32,000 bases of DNA, taken from contig CP013062.1 in assembly GCA_001430755.1 (NCBI GenBank), positions 240,001 to 272,000 of the forward strand. The letters are read 5' to 3'. Shown piece after piece: positions 1 through 7,680 of the stretch. Position 1 is the first letter of the stretch, and the number at the start of each line of letters is the position of its first letter. The position numbers were made by a program, and so were the translations under genes. Below the pieces are notes generated by a model, which saw only the letters and a program-made list of their open reading frames with translations, did not search any database and was not told the DNA's origin. This stretch comes from Candidatus Peribacter riflensis (GTDB taxonomy: Bacteria > Patescibacteriota > Gracilibacteria > Peribacterales > Peribacteraceae).

Positions 1-1356
1 ATCCCACCGCGATCCGGTGCTGATTTTTTCCTGCTCCCGGGCGAGCATGTTTCTTTTCGAAAATCCCAGACAGCCCTTCCGCTCGATAACAGCGGCGAGC
101 GCGTGAGCCTCATGAGCGGCTCTATGCTCATCGATGCGTTTGCGTATCCTCTGACGGCGGAAGAAGTGAGCTTCGGACGCGATCCCAATCCTCCCTTTGC
201 GCTTCATGCATTCTGCGTCCCAAGCGAAGGAAGAAAGAATGTCAGCGAGCCGCTCGCTCCGCGCATCATCATCCAGGATGCCGGTGCAGCCACAGTCGGC
301 AGCGCGTTCGTCGTCGGCGAAGGGCATGTCACGCTCAACCTGCAGGCCGCACTGGGAGCGGGTTCCCTCGCTTCCGCAGCATGCGTGTGGGATTTCGGCG
401 ATGACGCGGTGAGCAGCGCGTGTAACCCGTCATCGCACACGTTTTCCGATCCCGGCGACTATGCCGTGCGCCTCACGGTGCGCGATTTCTGCGGCGGGAT
501 CTCGGTGAGTACGCTTGATGTGACTGTGCTGCCAGAAGAGGAATCCGTCGTGCACTCTTCTGTTTCTTCTGCATCCTCGATTTCATCGGTTTCCTCTCTT
601 TCCTTTAGTTCCTCTATTTCCTCTATTTCTTCGCTTCCCTTTATCCGTGTAGAAACCGGAGTCATCTTGAGTGAAGTGCAGATGATGGGTGATGAATGGA
701 TCGAACTCTGGAATCCGACCGACCACGAAATTTCTCTCGGAGGCTGGATGCTCGATGACCTCCGTGAAGGCGGGCTTGCCCACCGTAGCTCGAAGAGCGG
801 AGGCGGGAGTAAGCCATGGAAGCTTCCTGTGGATTCCAGAATCCGAGCAGGGGAGTATCTGATTTTTTCCAGAAATGAAACCAAACTCCAGCTCAATGAT
901 TCGGGCGATGACGTGTGGCTCATCGCTCCCGATGGTTCCTGGTCGGATCACGTCACGATTCCGAAGCTGAAGTCGGGCATATCGTTCAGTTTCTGCGATG
1001 GGGAATGGAGAAGTTCCGACCCCACTCCGGAGTTACCGAATGCTTGTCAGACAACGGTGTCGTCACCTGCCCCATCTATTGCAGTCACAAAGAAATCCAT
1101 CGTCGCGACCACGCCCGCATTTTCGCGAACGCGCTACGTCGTGGCTTCTCAATCCTCTATTTCTTCTATTTCCTTTTCATCCTTTCAATCCGGTTCGTTC
1201 CTCATGTCCTACGCGCTGTCTGAACTCCCAGCCACCCTTACCGCCGCAGGCCCTGTTGCAGAACAGTCCTCCGTCCCCGAAGTGGGCGCGCTGGGGGCGC
1301 TTTCGGGGCTTGGGATTGCCCTGATGTGGTTTGGTCGCAAATGGTGGGGGCTTTGA
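1..1356 (+). CDS. Cell-surface protein, 5' end outside the window: lamin-tail (LTD) domains, one PKD domain, poly-Ser linkers, C-terminal membrane anchor
   Basis: Frame 1 has no stop from nt 1, so the GTG at 103 in the ORF track is not the true start. nt 1-150 encode ...LPLDNSGERVSLMSGSMLIDAFAY, the typical end of an LTD. PKD-like signature: WDFGDD...HTFSDPGDYAVRLTVRD. Second LTD signature: ILSEVQMMGDEWIELWNPTDHEISLGGWMLDD...LQLNDSGDDVWLIAPDG. There are two poly-Ser tracts. The C-terminus is VPEVGALGALSGLGIALMWFGRKWWGL (motif + TM helix + basic tail). Confidence 0.8.
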   Translation: MPPRSGADFFLLPGEHVSFRKSQTALPLDNSGERVSLMSGSMLIDAFAYPLTAEEVSFGRDPNPPFALHAFCVPSEGRKNVSEPLAPRIIIQDAGAATVGSAFVVGEGHVTLNLQAALGAGSLASAACVWDFGDDAVSSACNPSSHTFSDPGDYAVRLTVRDFCGGISVSTLDVTVLPEEESVVHSSVSSASSISSVSSLSFSSSISSISSLPFIRVETGVILSEVQMMGDEWIELWNPTDHEISLGGWMLDDLREGGLAHRSSKSGGGSKPWKLPVDSRIRAGEYLIFSRNETKLQLNDSGDDVWLIAPDGSWSDHVTIPKLKSGISFSFCDGEWRSSDPTPELPNACQTTVSSPAPSIAVTKKSIVATTPAFSRTRYVVASQSSISSISFSSFQSGSFLMSYALSELPATLTAAGPVAEQSSVPEVGALGALSGLGIALMWFGRKWWGL

Positions 1357-1363
1357 GGATCTC

Positions 1364-1392
1364 TTGAAATTGCGTACACATTTGTGTACACT
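1364..1392 (+). promoter_or_regulatory. sigma70-type promoter TTGAAA-N17-TACACT with a 16-bp perfect palindrome (1374-1389) overlapping the -10 box; likely antitoxin operator
   Basis: TTGAAA at 1364-1369 and TACACT at 1387-1392, spacer 17 nt, TG at 1385-1386. The palindrome GTACACATTTGTGTAC lies at 1374-1389. The antitoxin ATG is 25 nt downstream of the -10 box. Confidence 0.5.
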
Positions 1393-1417
1393 ATGGATCG
1401 TTCTTCCCCTTCATACC

Positions 1418-1726
1418 ATGGCAAAGACCCGCACGATTGGCGTCCGCTCCCTCCGGGCGAATATGCAGAAGATCCTCAACGAGGCACGGAGGGACAATGT
1501 CCACTTCGTCATCATGCGCTTCGGCGAGCCGGTGGCTCATTTAGTCCCCGTAAAACCGCGAAGGAAGCGGACAATGGAGCAACTGGAAGCGGATATCGCC
1601 GAGGCCCGGAGGCAGATCGCGAGAGGCGAGTGGTACACGACCGAGGAGGTCCGGCAGATGCTCGGACTCCCAGCATCAAAATATCGTCGTCAGCGCATCA
1701 AGACCTCGCGCAGTTACCGCCAATGA
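1418..1726 (+). CDS. Type II antitoxin, Phd/YefM family
   Basis: The internal ATG at 1418 gives MAKTRTIGVRSLRANMQKILNEARRDNVHFVIMRFGEPVAHLVPV, the typical Phd/YefM N-terminal fold pattern. Its stop TGA (1724-1726) overlaps ATG 1723 of the downstream toxin frame (ATGA). The upstream part of the track ORF (from TTG 1331) overlaps the previous gene and the promoter. Confidence 0.75.
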   Translation: MAKTRTIGVRSLRANMQKILNEARRDNVHFVIMRFGEPVAHLVPVKPRRKRTMEQLEADIAEARRQIARGEWYTTEEVRQMLGLPASKYRRQRIKTSRSYRQ

Positions 1727-1929
1727 TCGCTGCGCGCATCCTCGACAAGATGGAGTGGTATGCCGCCCATGTCGATCCGCTGCACTTTGCCAAACCGTTG
1801 CAAGGCAGCCGTCGGGGTTTATTTCGGTTCCGTGTGGGTGATTATCGCATCCTCGTGGATGTGAAGGGCCGTATGCACGTCATCGAAGTCTTTGCCGTCC
1901 GCCACCGCAGAGAGGCCTATCAGTCATAG
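1630..1929 (+). CDS. Type II toxin, RelE/ParE superfamily (start uncertain: GTG 1630 or ATG 1723)
   Basis: The C-terminal part GLFRFRVGDYRILVDVKGRMHVIEVFAVRHRREAY matches the RelE/ParE beta-sheet core (R.RvGdYRiiy...i.i..v.hR..aY). The family's N-terminal strand/helix pattern (IKISSSAHQDLAQLPP..IAARILDKM) lies upstream of the only ATG (1723). The nearest in-frame canonical start is GTG 1630. Confidence 0.65.
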   Translation: MVHDRGGPADARTPSIKISSSAHQDLAQLPPMIAARILDKMEWYAAHVDPLHFAKPLQGSRRGLFRFRVGDYRILVDVKGRMHVIEVFAVRHRREAYQS

Positions 1930-1972
1930 GTCCCTCCCGTTCTTGGCTTCAGCGAAGGCTTTAAGCCTCCCC

Positions 1973-2001
1973 TTGAGAGAAAAGGCGATTTTTGGTACAA
2001 T
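1973..2001 (+). promoter_or_regulatory. sigma70-type extended -10 promoter TTGAGA-N17-(TGg)TACAAT for the 1876-aa gene
   Basis: TTGAGA at 1973-1978, TG at 1993-1994, TACAAT at 1996-2001. The ATG at 2013 is only 11 nt after the hexamer, so the predicted leader is about 5 nt. No Shine-Dalgarno motif. Confidence 0.5.
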
Positions 2002-2012
2002 AGTGAGATTTT

Positions 2013-5000
2013 ATGACACAAAAACTCTTTCCGTATTTCGGGTCTGAGGGCCTGCGCGAAGCGCGACTGATTTTTATGTCTTCCGAGAAGCCGAGTGAGC
2101 GCAGCGGCGAGGCCATGCGCGAGAATCTGGAGAAGCTCGGTCCGCGCTATGCCGAGGTCATCAAGCAGCTCCATGACGCTGCCAGCTATGCCGGTGATGC
2201 GAATCTGGCGAAGCTTCTGGAGGATCCCGAAACGCAGCAGATGATCGCCGCACAGGTGGAGCTTCCCCCGGGGGAGCTCACGAAGAAATGGCTCAACGAA
2301 ATCGCCTTGGTCTTCCTCAGAAAAGCGCATGAGGCCTTCAAGAGCGAAGACAGTGAAGTGCGCGGCTGGAAGGACAAAACGACGGACCAGGCCAAGAAGT
2401 GCGCCGAGATCTTCCGCACGACCCTGAGCGAAATCGATGCTGCGAAGAAGACGTACGGCGAGGAGCTGCCGGGCTTCGGCGGCGACGAGGGCAAGGCACT
2501 CTTGGAGCTCATGCGCCGGGGAGCCGATCAGCCCAAACTCAAAGAGAAATTCGACAAGCTGCTGGATCTGCAGAAAGAGATGCTCTGGGCGGACGAAACT
2601 GCACTGGGCAAGACCGCGCATTGGAAGGCCAGGCTCACGACAGTCGGCGTCGCCGATGCCGCTCTTGCTCCTCTCGATGCGACGGTCGATCCCACGGCCC
2701 GCCGAAAGCTCCTGCTGGAGCTCGTGCGCAGTGCCGCAGGCGTGCTGGAATCAAAAGACCAGAAGATCGTAGGCGACGCGATCGGCAAGATCGATGAAGC
2801 GCTGACGCGGGTGGATGACGAGAGAAAGGAACATTTGATGCGGCGCTTTCCCGAGCGCCTGAAGTACCTCTACCGCCTCGGCGGTTCCGACATGGATGCG
2901 GTGCTCGAGAATGCGGTGGCGCGGGATGGCATGTTCTCCTTCGATATCTTCGAGACGAACCTGCGCGAGCTCATGGGGGTGAAACTGGAGCCGAAGAACC
3001 GCACGGATCTTCTGCGCACTCTCGGTCTGGCGAGTGATAAAGAGCGCAAGGTGGTCACGGAAGACGCCATCAAAAAAGCCGCGGAGTACCTGCGTGCAAC
3101 CCTGAAGCTCAATAATCCCACGGGCATCTCGCTCTCGGCGCTCGCCCTGCGTGCGCGACTGCCCGAGGCGGCCGCGAATGAACTGGCGGAATCAAAACTG
3201 CAGATCGGTCTCGGAACACTCATCGAGATGGCGCAGAAAATTAATGCGCTTGCGGTTGGTCCTGTGAGTGATCCTGTCGAGAAATACCTGGAATCTGTTC
3301 TGCTCGATTCCAAGCAAATCAATGGAAAGGATCGCAAGGTGCTGAAGGACAAGGCCAGGTTCATGGAGATGGTCGGGTTCCTGCTCTACGGCGACGGCGC
3401 CAATCCTCTCGAGAGGGGCGCCAAGGCGGCACAGGCAGCCGAAAAATTCTGGAAGGACACCATCGGGGATCCGGGACTCGTCGAGACCATTGACGGCACG
3501 GGGGTGGTGAAAGAAGGCAAAGAGCCGGCTGTGACCAATGCAATCAAGACGCTGCAGGTGACGGTCAAGGCGAGCGAGTGGCACACGGCCATGCGCGATG
3601 GCGGCGTGCACGAGCTCACGTGGAAAGACACTGCGAAGCAGTATGCGAGCGCGCTCGGAACAACTGTCGCCGCAGCGGCGCCCATCTGGTGGGACTACAT
3701 CAAATCCATTCCCCGCAATTTCTGGGATAGTGAGGGTGATCCTGCCCTCCGCACGATCCTCGATCGCCGCAAGGGTCTTGAGCAAGGCAAGGCCGCTCTC
3801 GGGTCGCTGCTCACCACCTCCAACGGGGCCAAAGATCTGCTGCAGAGGTCCGAAGTCGGACTCGGGCACCTCAAGGCCGCACAGGAGCAGGCGATCAAAG
3901 GGGATGCGGTCACCTCGCCCAGAGACAACATCGAGCAGGCCCGGGCGCTGCTCATGGCCAACCAGTATGTCATCGGACAATTGAATGTCCTCGGCTGGAA
4001 TATGCGCTCAAAGAGACTCCGCCAATTGACGCTCTGGATGTCCATGTTCAAGGGAACCACGAAAGATCCCGAAGCGGGCCTGAAAGCGGCAAAGCAACTG
4101 CTGCAGGCTTCTGCGGCTCTGGTGACGCCCGAGGCACAGGACACATTTGTGGATGAGCAGATGGCGAAGATGAACGCGACGGACAAGCAGGCATTCCTGG
4201 GCTACACCGATGCGCGTGCCCTGGTCGAGAATCAGGAGGGCCGCGACATTACGGCGCCCTTGAAGCAGCGCGGTCTCACCTTAAAGCCCCGCGCTTTAGA
4301 CCTCCTCCGCCAGACAAAAGATCCGGCGAATCCCGCACTCAATCTGGCGGCGAACGTGGGCCGCTGGCTCATGGATCCGCCCGACAGAGTCAGCGCTTCG
4401 CTCCTCATCGTGTTGCAGGATTCCCCCGCGAAGGCGGCGTTCATCACGGCGTTCATCACAGGCGCGGAACAGACCTACACCCATCAGGGTCGCGAAGAGA
4501 AAGTCACGGTGGCCGATGCCCGCATGGCGGTGGATGTGCTGCAGCAACGCCTCCTCTTCGAGATGCGCGGCTCGATCAAGGCCCGCGAGCAGATTGAGGA
4601 TGAAGACGAATTCACAAATCCCGTCGACCGATGGCTGCGCACTGGTATCGAATCCATGAAGGAACTGTGGAATACCGATATGGTGGGCAAGGCCGAGGTC
4701 ATTGCCATTCTCTTTGCCGCCTACTGGATGATTAAGGAGGCGTGGAAGAGCAAGAAGGGCAAGTTTGTCCTCCTCGGTCTCCCGGTTCTGCTCGGCGCGA
4801 ATGCGATCATCAAGCAGCGCACGGGCCGCGATCTCATGGGTGAGAACCTGCGCTTTAAGAATAAGGAGGACCGTGCCTCTCCGCTCGAGGCCTTCCGCCG
4901 ACGCGGCGCGGCCTTAGACAAGCGCTATGCCGTACTCATGCAGCCCTCGGGGCAGGCGGCGATCCGCGCCCTCATGAATGAGAAGAATCCCGTGAGCGTT

Positions 5001-7643
5001 GCAGAGCTCCTCGACTGGCGCAATGCCGTGAAGTCCGGCGGCGGCAAGAAGTTCTCGGTCGGAAAGCCCGCATCACTCCAGATCACCGATATCGCAGATA
5101 ATCTTGGTACAATAGATTCCACAGAAAAGCCGTATGAGATTGCATATCTCGCTTTCGAAGCCCTGTGCGCGGATGTCGCGCGCATCAACGGGCTCACCGG
5201 AGGCAATACCGATACCAATGCCGAGCAGGGCGCGGACCTCATCCGGCAGCGCTACGTCATGAAGCGTTCCGCAGGGCTGCAGCCTGCCACGATGTTCGAG
5301 GTGATCATGTCGGAGTGCCAGATGCCCACGAAAGAGATGCTCGAGAACCGCAGTTACCTCGAGGCCGTCGCCGACCTGTTCGGTTACACCTACGATGAAG
5401 CTGCGGCGCTCGTGAAGAAGTACGGCGTGCAGGCGTGGGTGATGATGAAGCAGGGGGTGCATAAGGTGCCGGAGATTGCGGGGGCGGCAGTCGATTACGC
5501 AGGAGCCGGATGGGATGGTTTCAAGAACTGGGCGGCACTTACCTGGGCCAAAGGGAAGCCGGAGATGACAGAAAGTATTTCTGCGCTGTGGAGGTTCCTC
5601 AGTACCACAACGGTGGCAGGGGGGATGACCCTCGTGAGCGTGACGCCCGATGCGGCCTCGTGGGTGATCGACAAATCTATCTTCGTCGCAAACGGGGGAA
5701 AAGATATCGCCCTTGCCACCTACCGCACACTGCTCAGGAATGGGGTCACGGGGCCAATACTTGATTCCTTTATCAAGGAGTTGAAGTCGGTCACCGGCTG
5801 GGATATCGATGCCTCTTGGAAGACTCCCGAACACAAAGAAAAGCTTTCGGATCTCGGCACTTTCATTGAAGAGCTCTCAAAACAGGTGAGCTCAGTCGCA
5901 GAATTACCGCCCAATCATGAGGTGTATTTCAAAGATCTGCTCAAGAGCATCAAGGGTTTTGTCATAGATGGCGGTCCCGAGAAAACGCAGGACCGTCTTC
6001 TCACGTACGAGCTTGCACGGAGACAGGTTTTCTCTTTCCTCGCCGCCGAACGTATTCGCGCAATCAAGTCGCTCAAGGGGAAGCCGGCAAAAGATCTTCA
6101 TCTCACGCTTCCGCTAAGGCCATCCTGGACTGCCGATGCAAAGCAGTTCCACACAGAAAATTCGAAGGATCTTATCTATCCCTATTTTTATGACAACTAC
6201 AGTCTTTCCGTGATGCTTTCGGCGCTCGGTAATCAGCAAACGTTCGTCGGACTGATGAAGCTCTTTGTCGAAAAGAGGCCCGATCTGATTCGAAGTCAGG
6301 TCTTCGATTGGCTTCTCTGGCCGGGAATCCACGAGTACGTCACGCGTGATGAAGCGGGGGCATTCCTGCTCAAGCAGATGGAATCCTATATCGGGAATCT
6401 GCTCATGGACGCGGAGAAGACCCTTAAGCCGGATGAATTCAAGCGTTACAAGGCGTACGTCTCGACGCTCATGACAAATGTCATGGCTGAGATGATCTTG
6501 GATACCGATGCTGACAAAAAGCCCGTTGATCTGAAGCTGCTCAAGGGTCAGGCAAAGGAGTTTTACCGGCAGTTGCTTATGCGGCGCGGGACACTCGATT
6601 CGCATACGGATATGGCGAGGGCAAACCTCGAACTCTACGAACAGTTTGCACAGCCTGCAGTGCCGGGTAAGCCTCAGCTCGACGAACCTGTCGATCTTCT
6701 GGAGGTGGCGAATGATAAGGATCTTCGCTGGATTCTGCTTGGCGAGGCACCGCCGGAATCGGCTCCGGCTGCACCTGCGGCTCCTGGTGCGCCTCCTGCA
6801 GCGCCGACGCGGATGCCCACCACTGATGTGGATCGTCTGCGCAGTCAGCTGGATACAAAAATCGGGAGTCCGGCTGGCCGTAAGGAACTTCTCGCAGCGC
6901 TCAACAGGCCGGGTATTGGTGCCCTGGAGGGGGAAATTCGTGCGAAATTCGATGCACTGCCAGTGCTGGCGAATCCGGATATGGGTGCCAAACCGGAAGA
7001 TGTTGAGCAATTTGTCACGGGGTTGCTCGGTAAGACCGCGCCCAAGGCAGAGGCCATAGGAAAGAAATATCTCGATGATTTAATAGAGAACAGGGGCATG
7101 ACAGAGGATCAACGGATGCAGTTTGCGGATTGGTTCGCCAATGAAATTGCATCCAAGCGATCCGAGTATCCCGGGCATCCCCGCTTTCAGCGTTTCCTTG
7201 ATCAGGGAGCAGCTGCTCTGCTCTCTCAAACGGCGGAGGCACTCAGTAAGATTCCGCGGGCCACACTTCTTTCAGATCCACGGATCAAGGCCACGTACGA
7301 GCACACGCTTCTCGCTCTCTATCAGATGACGGCGGAGGGCAAGGATCATGTGCTTTCGGATGATGCCTCTCGATTACTTGAGTATGTGCTCTTTGGCGGC
7401 GAGAAAGGGAAGTATCAGGAGTATGTGAATTATCTGACGGCGCATGGCAGGCTCGCGCCTCCTTCCCTGCTCACGGGCGGCGGCCGGAGAATGCGTAATC
7501 CCGGAACGTGGTTCTCGCCTTACGCGACAGATGCCGAAATGCGTCTTTCACTGGGGGCTTCTATGAGTGCATCGACCATTGCATCGATTGCAAACAATTT
7601 CATCCAACCGCACCACACAGATGCAAAAGCAGTCCCGTGGTAA
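2013..7643 (+). CDS. Giant (1876 aa) orphan protein, mostly helical/charged, with a central bilobed hydrophobic hairpin and a Pro/Ala linker
   Basis: Uninterrupted 5.6-kb ORF with an ATG start behind a promoter-like site. No signal peptide, Walker A, HExxH or GxSxG recognised. Hydrophobic hairpin VIAILFAAYWMI-KEAWKSKKGK-FVLLGLPVLLGANAII at aa 896-933 (nt 4698-4811). Linker APPESAPAAPAAPGAPPAAP at about nt 6750-6810. Confidence 0.85.
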   Translation: MTQKLFPYFGSEGLREARLIFMSSEKPSERSGEAMRENLEKLGPRYAEVIKQLHDAASYAGDANLAKLLEDPETQQMIAAQVELPPGELTKKWLNEIALVFLRKAHEAFKSEDSEVRGWKDKTTDQAKKCAEIFRTTLSEIDAAKKTYGEELPGFGGDEGKALLELMRRGADQPKLKEKFDKLLDLQKEMLWADETALGKTAHWKARLTTVGVADAALAPLDATVDPTARRKLLLELVRSAAGVLESKDQKIVGDAIGKIDEALTRVDDERKEHLMRRFPERLKYLYRLGGSDMDAVLENAVARDGMFSFDIFETNLRELMGVKLEPKNRTDLLRTLGLASDKERKVVTEDAIKKAAEYLRATLKLNNPTGISLSALALRARLPEAAANELAESKLQIGLGTLIEMAQKINALAVGPVSDPVEKYLESVLLDSKQINGKDRKVLKDKARFMEMVGFLLYGDGANPLERGAKAAQAAEKFWKDTIGDPGLVETIDGTGVVKEGKEPAVTNAIKTLQVTVKASEWHTAMRDGGVHELTWKDTAKQYASALGTTVAAAAPIWWDYIKSIPRNFWDSEGDPALRTILDRRKGLEQGKAALGSLLTTSNGAKDLLQRSEVGLGHLKAAQEQAIKGDAVTSPRDNIEQARALLMANQYVIGQLNVLGWNMRSKRLRQLTLWMSMFKGTTKDPEAGLKAAKQLLQASAALVTPEAQDTFVDEQMAKMNATDKQAFLGYTDARALVENQEGRDITAPLKQRGLTLKPRALDLLRQTKDPANPALNLAANVGRWLMDPPDRVSASLLIVLQDSPAKAAFITAFITGAEQTYTHQGREEKVTVADARMAVDVLQQRLLFEMRGSIKAREQIEDEDEFTNPVDRWLRTGIESMKELWNTDMVGKAEVIAILFAAYWMIKEAWKSKKGKFVLLGLPVLLGANAIIKQRTGRDLMGENLRFKNKEDRASPLEAFRRRGAALDKRYAVLMQPSGQAAIRALMNEKNPVSVAELLDWRNAVKSGGGKKFSVGKPASLQITDIADNLGTIDSTEKPYEIAYLAFEALCADVARINGLTGGNTDTNAEQGADLIRQRYVMKRSAGLQPATMFEVIMSECQMPTKEMLENRSYLEAVADLFGYTYDEAAALVKKYGVQAWVMMKQGVHKVPEIAGAAVDYAGAGWDGFKNWAALTWAKGKPEMTESISALWRFLSTTTVAGGMTLVSVTPDAASWVIDKSIFVANGGKDIALATYRTLLRNGVTGPILDSFIKELKSVTGWDIDASWKTPEHKEKLSDLGTFIEELSKQVSSVAELPPNHEVYFKDLLKSIKGFVIDGGPEKTQDRLLTYELARRQVFSFLAAERIRAIKSLKGKPAKDLHLTLPLRPSWTADAKQFHTENSKDLIYPYFYDNYSLSVMLSALGNQQTFVGLMKLFVEKRPDLIRSQVFDWLLWPGIHEYVTRDEAGAFLLKQMESYIGNLLMDAEKTLKPDEFKRYKAYVSTLMTNVMAEMILDTDADKKPVDLKLLKGQAKEFYRQLLMRRGTLDSHTDMARANLELYEQFAQPAVPGKPQLDEPVDLLEVANDKDLRWILLGEAPPESAPAAPAAPGAPPAAPTRMPTTDVDRLRSQLDTKIGSPAGRKELLAALNRPGIGALEGEIRAKFDALPVLANPDMGAKPEDVEQFVTGLLGKTAPKAEAIGKKYLDDLIENRGMTEDQRMQFADWFANEIASKRSEYPGHPRFQRFLDQGAAALLSQTAEALSKIPRATLLSDPRIKATYEHTLLALYQMTAEGKDHVLSDDASRLLEYVLFGGEKGKYQEYVNYLTAHGRLAPPSLLTGGGRRMRNPGTWFSPYATDAEMRLSLGASMSASTIASIANNFIQPHHTDAKAVPW

Positions 7644-7644
7644 A

Positions 7645-7675
7645 TTGACAAAAATCCATAATTGTTTATCATTAT
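7645..7675 (+). promoter_or_regulatory. Possible internal promoter TTGACA-N19-CATTAT in the AT-rich 37-nt gap before the 854-aa gene
   Basis: Perfect TTGACA at 7645-7650. The best -10 candidate is CATTAT at 7670-7675, with a long 19-nt spacer. The ATG at 7681 is 5 nt after the hexamer. The gap is much more AT-rich than its surroundings. Confidence 0.3.
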
Positions 7676-7680
7676 AAACC

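Noticed and set aside
2013-7643. The giant protein considered as a polymorphic toxin/RHS, NRPS/PKS, adhesin or secretion-system component.
   Set aside because: It has no YD/RHS repeats, no adenylation or ketosynthase motifs, no beta-rich Ig/cadherin-like tandem repeats, no internal DNA repeats and no ATPase motifs. It is therefore left as an orphan protein.
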